Counted from the stretch's first letter, positions 18,501 through 26,927 are shown. The stretch: DNA of 64,000 nucleotides from an uncultured Bacteroidia bacterium (GCA_902780055.1 CACZDU010000001.1:47138-111137), one strand, 5' to 3'. Notes: a model not told the origin generated them from the letters alone. Translations and numbers: made by a program.

Positions 18501-19831
18501 CTTGTCTGACTGCCATGGGCTGTGTAATTGGCAAAACCGACACCGCTGCTCAAATAGCTGTAGCAATTGGTGTATGTGCCATGGCTGAACTCATACACAT
18601 TGCTAAAACCATGCTCGGTATTGTAGTAATAATTGGTGGCGTACCAAATGGTGGGACGGCCTACCGTGATACCCCATCCGTTGTCCTCACCTGCGATGAG
18701 GAGCGCATTGTTCAGATAGCTCGGGTCGGGCATGGTGTATTGCTCATATTCCAAACTTTTGTTGAGCATCGCTGTCATCTGAGCCACAGTTTGAGCTGAC
18801 AACCGACTGTGGAACATATCCACAAACTCATCGCCGTCGATGCTTGAGTAAGAGAGGTCGCTGACACAAGAGGTTTGACTAGCGGAGTTGGTGCTGGGAG
18901 CCACTTGGTCTTTATCGCCCATAATCATAAGGAAGGTGGGCGCATCTTGGGCGTACTTGTTTTGGATGAAACTCTGGATGGCAGAAGCGGTAGTACCGAT
19001 ATTGTCGGTATAGTTCACATCTACATAAATGCCTTTCATAGTCTTCCATGCCACCCAGTCTTGGATGCAGCTTTCGAACATACGGTTAGCGATGACCAAC
19101 ATCTTCACTGGTGACTTCCAGAGGTCAGGGTGCTCATCGTAAAGATCCCTAACGGCCCTGCCATTGAACAGTTGCTTGTAAAGCACATCAAAATAAGGGC
19201 TGTAGGTCTTTACCAGCATGTCCTCGGTGGCGCGGGCATCGGCACCGTCAAAATGTACTTCAACCTCGATGTCGTTGAACACGCGCAAAGTGTTGTTTAC
19301 GGGGTCGTAGCTCACTGGCTCGATACTCATCTGTCCCACTTGAACACCACGCATGGTGCCGTTCACGCTGACACGAGCAGTAGGCTCCGATTGGAGGCCA
19401 CGGGTCGACTGATAGGCGGCTTCGTTATAAACGAAGGGGCTGTTTTCGTTTTTGAAAACGTCAGGTTGGCGAGGCACCAAAGTATGGATGCCGTAGTCGT
19501 CGAGGCGGTAGTCCTTGGTGGTGTAGCTCGTGATTTCGATACGCGGGTTGGCACCGAAAGGCACGGCAATAAGTTCATTCACGACGGGAATTTGAGGGTC
19601 GCCCTCATTGCCGCCGATGACGGTGTTGGGCATCGAAAGCCACGAAAACTGGCCTCTTTCGGTTTCCATGTTCTCCGCCTCAATGTTAGAGAAAGAGAAA
19701 GATGCCCTAAGAAGTTGAAAATCACTGCTGACACATTCGGCCTTGTCGACCGAACGCAGCGTAATGGACTGCTGTCCCTCGACATTGAAACAAAGCATCA
19801 ATGCCAATGCGAATAAAAAGCTTCTTTTCAT
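15554..19831 (-). CDS. Gingipain-like C25 family cysteine peptidase, 1425-aa multidomain secreted protein
   Basis: Signal peptide and an N-terminal propeptide-like region. Catalytic-type blocks are NYTAHGSQTSW (His) and LAIGNCCQSGDW (Cys). These are followed by Ig/CARDB-like repeats, a DSYGDGWNG-containing domain, an InlB-B/Listeria-Bacteroides-repeat-like segment (TYGTVSGGGEFSYGESCTVTATENPGYYFSGW), and the C-terminal module shared with the M14 gene. Confidence 0.8.
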   Translation of the reverse strand: MKRSFLFALALMLCFNVEGQQSITLRSVDKAECVSSDFQLLRASFSFSNIEAENMETERGQFSWLSMPNTVIGGNEGDPQIPVVNELIAVPFGANPRIEITSYTTKDYRLDDYGIHTLVPRQPDVFKNENSPFVYNEAAYQSTRGLQSEPTARVSVNGTMRGVQVGQMSIEPVSYDPVNNTLRVFNDIEVEVHFDGADARATEDMLVKTYSPYFDVLYKQLFNGRAVRDLYDEHPDLWKSPVKMLVIANRMFESCIQDWVAWKTMKGIYVDVNYTDNIGTTASAIQSFIQNKYAQDAPTFLMIMGDKDQVAPSTNSASQTSCVSDLSYSSIDGDEFVDMFHSRLSAQTVAQMTAMLNKSLEYEQYTMPDPSYLNNALLIAGEDNGWGITVGRPTIWYATNYYYNTEHGFSNVYEFSHGTYTNCYSYLSSGVGFANYTAHGSQTSWAGPSFTVNDVNNLTNEHKYFLAIGNCCQSGDWGYGTCFGEAMVRAENKGAYAYIGSCPNTVWLNDYYFGVGPTSRADGTMPSYEETGTGMYDAIWMDDVYNTVNSMLYIGNLAGNAANALGYTMHRPTLYYWQAYHVLGDGSIMPYRVQPTANNVSHMNIIPFGMATYEVSAVPGSYVAISKDGMLHGTALVGATGTVQVPITPVTSSGNVTICVTAPNRIPYISTVSAVALEGAYISVDGYTPETAHVGDDIDLSITFKNVGTDASTGTTNITLTTDNPNVTLINNTGSFGTLAPEATTTVSGFQFRINSGVADGTNVMMHYAAVNGNDTYEGNIVITASEAVLEYQSMNWDGSFTPGQTLTLTAKFKNTGHYQATNAVATMSSSSNYITINNSPITVGNIGVDEVVSCNFNVTIAANCPETAQIPITFTLTADGNLSAQGSETLKNACNVVFNLSDSYGDGWNGASLTVSFDDGTESQSLTVSSGSSANYVLEIGNGTHVTVTFVSGSYNNECSFSIQYEEGNIIIYQSSGTPSAGTLFEFDCNCAIASQTFIVNVSSSNSTYGTVSGGGEFSYGESCTVTATENPGYYFSGWIQDGEFVSSEVEYTFNVTSDMNLVANFVEGVLIGDGGTATSQYLPSYNYYKYALTQQIYTAEEIGTAGTIKTIAFYNGGAEKTRTYDFYLKTTTNSSFSSNTDWVTVSESDKVFSGTVIMAANDWTFITFSTPFEYDGTSNLVLIADDNTGQWTSSPHMACRTFSTSGNQALYVYGDNTNYNPSNPPTSYTSQDHHNVLSQKNQILLGIDTGTPIIEQTIQLGADWNWWSPNVDITLSELKEALGNHGLRIAAQDGKFATYNANSGTWTGNLQSIELGKMYKIRTNEACTITFSSEVVDPALYPITLSSGNNWIGFISTQSMSLNEAFSNFTPTDRDVIKSANGKATYYQGYGWQGSLNTLEPGKGYIYKSNATGTRTFTYPSAK

Positions 19832-19898
19832 AGTAGATCAGTTTTGATAAAAATTTGATTTTTAGGCGGCAAAGATAAAAAAAATCTGAAAACTTTGC

Positions 19899-20495
19899 TC
19901 ACTTCCATTCAAATGTTTTTATCAAATGGTCAATATCCTCGCGGATGAAGTTGATGACAGGCTGCATCGAGTCGTTGTCGGGCTTGAAATTGAAATATAG
20001 CGCACCGCGCACGAAGTTTCGGGTGCTGTCGGTGAGGTAGAACTGCATTGGAGTGGCCACACCTTTGCCGTCCATTTCGATAAAGAGGCCGTAAACATCA
20101 TGTTCTTCGTTGAAAATCAGGCTGTCGCGCACGCCATTGGCCTTTTGCAGATGCTTGGTGACCATCGTGTGGACATCTTCAAGATATTCGCCCAAATTGC
20201 CGTCTACGGGCTTGTGTGTCAGGTGGATGGAGCCTTTGAATTGGGGCATTTCCACATTGACCCAGTTTTTCTCGTCGGGCGAATACGGGTCAGGGGTGAT
20301 GAGCGCGTATTGCGGGCACTCGAAGCTGTATTTTTCGATGGTGTCGACTTTGACGTAGGCCTTTTCCGGCAGGTCGATGCGGAAATAGCCGCGCGGCTTG
20401 GGCAGCGGGTTGGGCTGGCGGTCGCACGAGAAAGCAACGGCGAGTAAGGCCAAGGCCACAAGCAATATGGGCAGTTTATTCTTCATCATACACAA
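19899..20495 (-). CDS. gldD: Gliding-motility lipoprotein GldD
   Basis: 198 aa. Lipobox LAVAFSC, then PLPKPRGYFRIDLPEKAY typical of GldD. It lies directly downstream of, and overlaps, gldE, as in Flavobacterium. Confidence 0.72.
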   Translation of the reverse strand: MCMMKNKLPILLVALALLAVAFSCDRQPNPLPKPRGYFRIDLPEKAYVKVDTIEKYSFECPQYALITPDPYSPDEKNWVNVEMPQFKGSIHLTHKPVDGNLGEYLEDVHTMVTKHLQKANGVRDSLIFNEEHDVYGLFIEMDGKGVATPMQFYLTDSTRNFVRGALYFNFKPDNDSMQPVINFIREDIDHLIKTFEWK

Positions 20496-21816
20496 CTTTC
20501 ACTTCCTTGATGCGCTTGGTGTCGGCATCGGTAATCTCCATGTGGAACTTCTCGAAGTTGAACTTGAACCCGATTTCAGGGATGCGCCCTTCTATTTCGA
20601 GGATGAGTCCGGCAAGGGTGTCGGCCTCGCCCTGCATGGGTTCAAAATAGCCTTCGTCCACGCCAAACACCTTGCAGAAATCGACGATACTTGTCTGAGC
20701 CTTAAAGAGATAGGTGTTGTCGTCAAGTTTCTTGTAGTGTTCCTCCAAGTTGGCTTCGTCAAACTCGTCATTAATTTCTCCGACAATCTCTTCAATCACG
20801 TCTTCCATCGTAATCAGGCCCGAAGTGCCGCCGTATTCGTCAACGACAATGGCGATATGTATCTTTTTCTCGCGGAAATCTTGGAAGAGGTCATTGATTT
20901 TTCGGTTCTCTGGCACGAAAAAAGCGGGTCGGATGAGTTTTTGCCATTCGTATGATTGCGCGTCCAAGTAGGGAAGGAGGTCTTTCACATAAAGGATGCC
21001 GCTCACGTTGTCCATCGTTTCGTCATAAACGGGAATCCTTGAAAATCCGCTCTTTATGACGATGGCGAGCATTTCGGTGAACTCCATGCCTTGCTCCACG
21101 CCGATGATGTCGATGCGCGGAATCATCACGCCACTCACCTCTTTTTCGCTGAAGGAGGCAATGCCTTTCAGCATCTGTTTTTCCTCAAGCGGTGTGGATT
21201 CTTCGGTGGCAATGTCGACGGCGGTCGAGAGGTCTTCCATCGAGATTTCGCCTTTCTTTTTCTCCAAGTGCTTGTCCATGAACGAAGTGGAATTGACCAA
21301 CGCCTTGCTCAGCGGCTTGAAAAGCCCGATGAGAAAGCGCAGCGGCCTCGCCATGAAACGCGCCACCTTGACGGGACGCTTGCCGGCATAGATTTTCGGC
21401 GTGATTTCGCCCGCAATCAGGATTAATGAGGTGACAATCACCACTTCCAAGAGGAACGCCGCCACGGGATAGTTCGCCATGTCGAACAGTTGCGCCATGA
21501 TGTAGGTCGACAAAAGCGTGATGGTGACATTGACGAAGTTGTTGCCAATCAGGATGGTAGCCAGCAAGGTCTTGGGAATTTCGCGAAGTTTCAGCACGAG
21601 TTTGCTCTTCGCATCGGGGCGCGATTCGAGGTCGTCGATGTCGGCGGGTTGGAGTGAGAAAAACGCCGTTTCGCTGCTCGAAATCAAGGCCGAAGCGAAG
21701 AGGAGCAGGCACAATACAGCCATTCCGATGATGGCGTTGGCGGTAAATCCAGTGAAAAAGTTGTTTGAAACAACGGTCAGGAGTCCTATGAGAGGGTCAG
21801 GGTCGGGTGTTTCCAA
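20476..21816 (-). CDS. gldE: GldE (CNNM/DUF21 membrane domain plus CBS pair plus CorC_HlyC)
   Basis: 446 aa. N-terminal TM DUF21 region, CBS pair (MIPRIDIIGV..; GILYVKDLL), C-terminal transporter-associated domain. Adjacent to gldD. Confidence 0.75.
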   Translation of the reverse strand: METPDPDPLIGLLTVVSNNFFTGFTANAIIGMAVLCLLLFASALISSSETAFFSLQPADIDDLESRPDAKSKLVLKLREIPKTLLATILIGNNFVNVTITLLSTYIMAQLFDMANYPVAAFLLEVVIVTSLILIAGEITPKIYAGKRPVKVARFMARPLRFLIGLFKPLSKALVNSTSFMDKHLEKKKGEISMEDLSTAVDIATEESTPLEEKQMLKGIASFSEKEVSGVMIPRIDIIGVEQGMEFTEMLAIVIKSGFSRIPVYDETMDNVSGILYVKDLLPYLDAQSYEWQKLIRPAFFVPENRKINDLFQDFREKKIHIAIVVDEYGGTSGLITMEDVIEEIVGEINDEFDEANLEEHYKKLDDNTYLFKAQTSIVDFCKVFGVDEGYFEPMQGEADTLAGLILEIEGRIPEIGFKFNFEKFHMEITDADTKRIKEVKVVYDEE

Positions 21817-21882
21817 AATCTTATCATTTATAGTTCAGGCGGCAAAAATAGAAAATAATTCTGACATGCGCGTCAAGTTACG

Positions 21883-22332
21883 TCAAAATGGCAAATCGTT
21901 GCCTTCGTCGGTGGTATTTTGTGGGGTGTAGCCCGGAGCGGGTTCTGGTGCGGGGGCGTAAGGCTGGCCGTAGGAGGATTGCTGGACGGGTCGTGCGGGG
22001 GCCATCTGCATCATCTTGTCGGCGTGTACCTCGGTGACATAGCGCACAATGCCTTGTTGGTCAGTGTATTGGCGGGTGCGGAGTTTGCCTTCAACATACA
22101 TCAGGTCGCCTTTCGAGTAGTTGCGGCGGCCTTCGGCGATGTCGTTGGCCAAGTTGCCCCAAACCACAATGTTGTGCCAGTCGGTTTGTTCCACCCAGTT
22201 TTGGTCGCGGTCGCGATAGCGTTCAGAGGTGGCCATAGTGACGGATATTTTGCGGTTGCCATTGTCGAAAGTGGTGATTTCGGGGTCTTTCCCGAGCCGG
22301 CCTATGAGGATGACTTTGTTCAAACTTGCCAT
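21883..22332 (-). CDS. ssb: Single-stranded DNA-binding protein
   Basis: 149 aa. OB fold (MASLNKVILIGRLGKDPE...), Gly/Pro/Gln-rich tail, acidic tip DEGNDLPF. Confidence 0.93.
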   Translation of the reverse strand: MASLNKVILIGRLGKDPEITTFDNGNRKISVTMATSERYRDRDQNWVEQTDWHNIVVWGNLANDIAEGRRNYSKGDLMYVEGKLRTRQYTDQQGIVRYVTEVHADKMMQMAPARPVQQSSYGQPYAPAPEPAPGYTPQNTTDEGNDLPF

Positions 22333-22344
22333 AGTGTTGTTGGT

Positions 22345-23394
22345 TTAATTATTTAAGTATAAGTCGATTAAGCGAGGAATGGGAAAGTTGCCCAAATCCG
22401 TTTCAGGGGTCAAAAATAGTTCTTTTGTTTCAATCCGCAACAATTTTTCTTCAAGTTTTATTTCGATGAACTGGGCGATGATGGTGCGGTGGGTGAGTTT
22501 GTGGGTAAAAGTTGGCGAAGTCTTGATAATGGTAAAACTTTTGTTTTCAATAAGTTGCTGGAACTTTTCGGATGCTATGACTTCCTCGACTGTCATCGGG
22601 TTTTCGCTTTCGATGCAGGGAAAGTCGTAGAGGTTCTTCCAAATGTCGTTGCCGCTGCGCTTGTGGAGGTAAACATTGCCTTCAATCCTGAAAACCAAAT
22701 AGTTGAAATATCGCGTCGTGATTTTCAGTTTTTGAAGTTTCACGGGGCGTTGCATCACGGTTTGGTTTGCGAAGGCGAGGCATTGTGCTTGCAGCGGACA
22801 AAGCAGGCAGTTGGGGTTTTTCGGTGTGCATTGCAGGGCGCCAAACTCCATCATGGCTTGGTTGTGGAGTCCGGGCTGTTCGCGGTTGAGCAAATCATCG
22901 GCAATTTTGGCGAAAACGGTTTGCCCTTCATTAATATTAATAGGTGTGTCAATGTCGAAAAGCCTTGAAAGCACGCGGTAAACATTTCCGTCCACCACGG
23001 CATGGGGCAAATCGAAGGCAATGGAAGCTATGGCGGCAGCAGTGTAGTCGCCAATGCCTTTCAATTGCTTAAGTTTCTCGAAATCAGCGGGAAAATGGCC
23101 GCCATATTGTTCCACTATTTGCTTTGCGCATTGGTGCAAGTTGCGGGCGCGTGAATAATAGCCCAAGCCTTGCCACATCTTCAGCACCTCTTCCTCAGTG
23201 GCATTGGCAAGGTCGTTCACCGAGGGCCACTTCTCGACGAAGCGCAAATAATAGTCCCAGCCTTGGTTGACGCGCGTTTGTTGCAGGATAATCTCCGAAA
23301 GCCACACCTGATAGGGGGTGGGATTGTGTCGCCAAGGCAGGTCGCGGCGGTTTTCGGCAAACCAATTAATTAAGGTGTCATGTATGAAATCCAT
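22345..23394 (-). CDS. mutY: A/G-specific adenine DNA glycosylase MutY
   Basis: 349 aa. HhH-GPD region (LKGIGDYTAAAIASIAF), 4Fe-4S cluster loop CTPKNPNCLLCPLQAQC, C-terminal NUDIX-like domain. Confidence 0.9.
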   Translation of the reverse strand: MDFIHDTLINWFAENRRDLPWRHNPTPYQVWLSEIILQQTRVNQGWDYYLRFVEKWPSVNDLANATEEEVLKMWQGLGYYSRARNLHQCAKQIVEQYGGHFPADFEKLKQLKGIGDYTAAAIASIAFDLPHAVVDGNVYRVLSRLFDIDTPININEGQTVFAKIADDLLNREQPGLHNQAMMEFGALQCTPKNPNCLLCPLQAQCLAFANQTVMQRPVKLQKLKITTRYFNYLVFRIEGNVYLHKRSGNDIWKNLYDFPCIESENPMTVEEVIASEKFQQLIENKSFTIIKTSPTFTHKLTHRTIIAQFIEIKLEEKLLRIETKELFLTPETDLGNFPIPRLIDLYLNN

Positions 23395-23479
23395 CGTTGT
23401 TGCGTTGCGAAATTCTTTATTTATAACTCATTAGAAGAAAAAAATTGCATTAATAGGGTCTCCGTATTGAAAATGTTCG

Positions 23480-23487
23480 TACCTTTG
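23480..23487 (+). promoter_or_regulatory. -7 promoter box (TACCTTTG) upstream of hup
   Basis: Matches TAnnTTTG about 50 nt upstream of the hup ATG. Confidence 0.4.
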
Positions 23488-23536
23488 CCGCAAATTTACA
23501 ACAAACACAATAACTAATCATAAAATAAGGAAAAAA

Positions 23537-23809
23537 ATGACTAAAGCAGAAATCGTTGCTGAAATCGCCAGCAAGACCGGCATTGAAAAAGGTGCTGTCC
23601 AGAATGTTGTTGAAAACTTCATGGAAGTTGTGAAGAACTCGATGGCCAAGGGTGAAAACGTGTATCTGAGAGGCTTCGGTAGTTTCATCATCAAGACCAG
23701 AGCCGAAAAGACCGGCCGTAACATTGGCAAGAATATCGCCATCACCATCCCGGCCCACAAGATTCCGGCTTTCAAGCCCGCCAAGACCTTCATGACCGCT
23801 GTTAAGTAA
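23537..23809 (+). CDS. hup: HU family DNA-binding protein
   Basis: 90 aa. MTKAEIVAEIASKTG...LRGFGSF..K.RAEKTGRN..., typical HU/IHF fold. Confidence 0.93.
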   Translation: MTKAEIVAEIASKTGIEKGAVQNVVENFMEVVKNSMAKGENVYLRGFGSFIIKTRAEKTGRNIGKNIAITIPAHKIPAFKPAKTFMTAVK

Positions 23810-23834
23810 GAACAACATCTAAAATCCCAATATT

Positions 23835-23924
23835 ATGCCAAACGGTAAGAAACACAAAAGACACAAGATGTCGACACACAAGCGCAAAAAACGCTTGAGA
23901 AAGGACAGACACAAGAAGAAATAA
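23835..23924 (+). CDS. Untracked 29-aa hyper-basic ORF, bS22/mS38-like small ribosomal-protein candidate
   Basis: atgccaaacggt...aagaaataa translates to MPNGKKHKRHKMSTHKRKKRLRKDRHKKK. It lies 25 nt after hup and before a strong terminator. The pattern K-x-K-M-S-x-x-K-R-K-K-x-L-R-K-x-R resembles mycobacterial bS22 (..[16 protein letters not shown]..). Confidence 0.5.
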   Translation: MPNGKKHKRHKMSTHKRKKRLRKDRHKKK

Positions 23925-23946
23925 GCGCTTCTTGCGCCTAAAGGAG

Positions 23947-23995
23947 ACAATAACACAGCATTGGCAACCCCATTGTTGTGTTATTGTTTTGTTAT
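23947..23995 (+). terminator. Rho-independent terminator after hup/small ORF
   Basis: Perfect 11-bp stem: ACAATAACACA (23947..23957) pairs with TGTGTTATTGT (23977..23987), followed by TTTGTTATT. Confidence 0.75.
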
Positions 23996-24031
23996 TCAAA
24001 ATCAAATCGTTAACCCCAAAAGCAAAACACT

Positions 24032-25639
24032 ATGTCTGAAGAAGAGAAACAAGTTGCCGAAGCCATTCCGGCAGCGGCAGAGGAAAAGACGGTGGAGCGC
24101 GACTTGGTCATCAACTCGCACGCTTCGGAGGTTGACATTGCCCTGTTGGAGGACAACATTCTTGTCGAACTTCACAGAGAGAAGACCAACAACCAGTTTG
24201 CGGTCGGAGATGTTTATTTGGGTCGGGTGAAGAAACTGCTGCCAGGCCTCAACGCGGCTTTCGTCGACGTGGGCTACCCCAAAGAAGCCTTCCTGCACTA
24301 CCTCGACTTGGGCTTTCAGGCCCATTCGCTGCTCAAGTTCAAGAAAATGGTAGTGGCAGGCGAAGACGTTTCGTTGGACAAGTTCAAACTTGACCCCGAC
24401 TTGCCGAAAAACGGCAAAATCGCCGACATCATCAATGTAGGCGACCTGATTCCCGTGCAAATCGCCAAAGAGCCTATCCACACCAAAGGCCCGAGAATCA
24501 CGGCAGAAATCTCATTTGCAGGACGTTACATTGTCCTCGTCCCCTTCTCCAATCGCATTTCGGTTTCAACAAAAATCCGCAGCAACGAGGAGCGCAACCG
24601 CCTCCGCCGTCTCATCCAAAGCATCAAGCCCAACAACTATGGCGTCATCATCCGCACCGTCGCCGAAGGCAAGAAGGTGGCCGAACTCGACGCCGACCTC
24701 AAGGCACTCATCGCCAAATGGGAGCAATGCACCATCGAGATGAAAAAAATGACCAATTTCGGAAAGATGGTCAGCGAGATGGACCAAACCAGTGTCATGC
24801 TGCGCGATTTGCTGAACGAGTCGTTCAACAACATCCGCGTGAACGACGAGAAACTCTTTGAAGAAATTCAGGGTTATATCCAGACTTTCGCCCCGCAAAA
24901 GGCCGGAATCGTGCAACTTTACTCAGGCAAGGAGCCTATCTTTGACTACTACAACGTTGCCAAGCAAATCAAAGGCTTTTTCGGGAAGATTGTCACCATC
25001 AAGAACGGCGTTTACCTCGTCATCGAGCACACCGAGGCCATGCACGTCATCGACGTGAACAGCGGCCATAGGCTCAACAAGGAAAACTCGCCGGAAGAAA
25101 ACGCCCTCCAAGTCAACCTCGAAGCCGCCAAGGAAATCGCGCGACAACTGCGCCTGCGCGACATGGGCGGCATCATCATCGTGGATTTCATCGACTTGCA
25201 CGAAGCCAAGCACCGCAAGCAACTCTACGAAGCCCTTGTGGAAGCCATGAAGCCCGACCGCGCCAAGCACACCGTGCTTCCCGCCACCAAGTTCGGCCTC
25301 ATCCAAATCACGCGCCACCGCGTGCGCCCCGAAACAGAGGTGCAGGTGCAGGAGAAATGCCCCGTTTGCGACGGTGAAGGCAAAATCCGCCCCGCCATCC
25401 TCTTCATCGACGAAATCGAAAACCACCTCAAGTACCTCCTCGTCGACCAAAACGAGAACAACCTTGTCTTGCAGGTGCATCCGTTCATCTATTCCTACCT
25501 TTGCATCAACGGACTGTTTTCGATTCGCCGCAAATGGATGAAGAAATACGGCAAGAAATTCACAGTGCAATCGATGCCCGAATTCCACGCGCTGCAGTAC
25601 AACTTCCAGAACGCCAACGGCGACGACATTAAAATCTGA
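24032..25639 (+). CDS. rng: Rne/Rng family ribonuclease (RNase G-like)
   Basis: 535 aa. S1 domain (GDVYLGRVKKLLPGLNAAFVDVG), catalytic core (HVIDVNSG; GGIIIVDFIDL), Zn-link-like CPVCDGEG. Confidence 0.9.
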   Translation: MSEEEKQVAEAIPAAAEEKTVERDLVINSHASEVDIALLEDNILVELHREKTNNQFAVGDVYLGRVKKLLPGLNAAFVDVGYPKEAFLHYLDLGFQAHSLLKFKKMVVAGEDVSLDKFKLDPDLPKNGKIADIINVGDLIPVQIAKEPIHTKGPRITAEISFAGRYIVLVPFSNRISVSTKIRSNEERNRLRRLIQSIKPNNYGVIIRTVAEGKKVAELDADLKALIAKWEQCTIEMKKMTNFGKMVSEMDQTSVMLRDLLNESFNNIRVNDEKLFEEIQGYIQTFAPQKAGIVQLYSGKEPIFDYYNVAKQIKGFFGKIVTIKNGVYLVIEHTEAMHVIDVNSGHRLNKENSPEENALQVNLEAAKEIARQLRLRDMGGIIIVDFIDLHEAKHRKQLYEALVEAMKPDRAKHTVLPATKFGLIQITRHRVRPETEVQVQEKCPVCDGEGKIRPAILFIDEIENHLKYLLVDQNENNLVLQVHPFIYSYLCINGLFSIRRKWMKKYGKKFTVQSMPEFHALQYNFQNANGDDIKI

Positions 25640-25666
25640 AGTTTGCTGCTGCAAAAAAACTTGAAA

Positions 25667-25697
25667 AGCCTGCCTCGCAATGGGGCGGGCTTTTTCT
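25667..25697 (+). terminator. Terminator after rng
   Basis: AGCCTGCC (25667..25674) pairs with GGCGGGCT (25684..25691) with one G-U pair, followed by TTTTTCTT. Confidence 0.65.
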
Positions 25698-25699
25698 TG

Positions 25700-26380
25700 C
25701 TATTTCTTTATCTTGATTCCTCTTTTTTCAATGTATTGCCTGATGAAGGCCGCGATTTCTTCCGTCGAGATGTCGTATTTCGGTTCGAGGAGAGAAAAGT
25801 CTTTGGGCTTGTTGAAGTAGTTCTCGTTCAGGAGAATGCTGTAGATGAACTTGGAATGTATCGTATGACGGGAGAATTTGCCTGCATATTCCACGCCTTT
25901 GGCCAAATCGTAGCCTTCTTTCAGTAGGGCATAGATGTCGTAGTAGTCGCGGAAGGCGCTGCGCACGGCAATGGTGAATAGTTTCATGCCCAACAGTTCC
26001 TGTAATGAAGGAGTGACGATGTTGTTGTAAACGAAGCCTTTGCCTAATTCCAGTACCGAGTTCTCAGGCCTGAAAAACGACAATTTCACATTCCCATTCA
26101 CGAAAATTTGAAGTTGGTTTTTCGAGAGGAATTCTTTTTTGCAATCGGGGAAGACACTTGAAACTTCATTGGAAATGGCCGAAAAGTCAAGCATTGGGCG
26201 TTCTTTTCTCGTTCCAAGCAGTTCAAAGTCAAGGTCTTCGCTTTTTCGGTGTTTCATTTGCAGCGATTGGGCCGTGCCACCGCAAAGGTACAGGTTTTTG
26301 ATGGCCTCCATTTGCGAAACAGCCTCAAAAACGGGTATCGTTTCTTGCCTAAGCCCTAATTTCCAGTCTTGGCTTTCCAT
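25700..26380 (-). CDS. AbiEii/AbiGii-family nucleotidyltransferase toxin (DUF1814-like)
   Basis: 226 aa. LCGGTAQSLQMKHRKSEDLDFEL (NTase G-x / DxD strand) and RDYYDIYALL, typical of AbiEii-type toxins. Confidence 0.7.
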   Translation of the reverse strand: MESQDWKLGLRQETIPVFEAVSQMEAIKNLYLCGGTAQSLQMKHRKSEDLDFELLGTRKERPMLDFSAISNEVSSVFPDCKKEFLSKNQLQIFVNGNVKLSFFRPENSVLELGKGFVYNNIVTPSLQELLGMKLFTIAVRSAFRDYYDIYALLKEGYDLAKGVEYAGKFSRHTIHSKFIYSILLNENYFNKPKDFSLLEPKYDISTEEIAAFIRQYIEKRGIKIKK

Positions 26381-26699
26381 ATCGTTTCAGGTATTTGTCG
26401 GGTTTCTTGATGTCGAAAAACATGGCTGCCAAAAGCCAGTTGATAATGCCGTAGTAGTCGCCTTGCGAAACCAAACGCTCACGCCACACTTGTTGTATCT
26501 GCCGCATGGGATAGAGTTCGCAGAGTTTGTGCAAATCTTCAAACTCAAGATAAAGCAAGGATTTTTCGATGAGCAAACTGTCATCTATGCTGTCCGGATT
26601 TTTGGCATACGACCACAGGCAACCCGATTGTTCCAACTGTCGCCAAAGGACTCTTTTTTTGCCTTCAATCTTTCCGTTTCTGTTTTGGTGATTGCTCAT
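26349..26699 (-). CDS. Small partner protein upstream of AbiEii (putative antitoxin, not AbiEi-like; DUF6922-like)
   Basis: 116 aa, overlapping the toxin gene by 32 nt. No winged-helix/AbiEi pattern visible. The family name is from memory of Bacteroidota annotations. Confidence 0.45.
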   Translation of the reverse strand: MSNHQNRNGKIEGKKRVLWRQLEQSGCLWSYAKNPDSIDDSLLIEKSLLYLEFEDLHKLCELYPMRQIQQVWRERLVSQGDYYGIINWLLAAMFFDIKKPDKYLKRYGKPRLEIRA

Positions 26700-26779
26700 A
26701 GTGCCGCAAAATTAGGCAAAAAACCTGAAAACTTGTTCCAACTTTGAATAAAAAAACGCTGCTTTTAAGCACTTTTTCG

Positions 26780-26872
26780 CCAAAAAAGTAGGGACAAGCC
26801 CGTTTTCAAAAGATTTATACATTGTTGATTTTCAACAAAATCCGCTAAGGACATTCCAAAAAAGTAGGGACA
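26780..26872. repeat. Two 17-nt direct repeats CCAAAAAAGTAGGGACA, 76 bp apart
   Basis: Exact copies at 26780..26796 and 26856..26872, in the intergenic region between the AbiEii operon start and the TPR/HTH gene. Confidence 0.8.
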
Positions 26873-26919
26873 TCGCCCCGTGAAGCCCCGTGTGCCTCTT
26901 GACAAGCGTTTTTTCTGTA

Positions 26920-26927
26920 TATTTTTG
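26920..26927 (+). promoter_or_regulatory. -7 promoter box (TATTTTTG) for the TPR/HTH gene
   Basis: Lies 23 nt upstream of the ATG at 26950. Confidence 0.45.
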
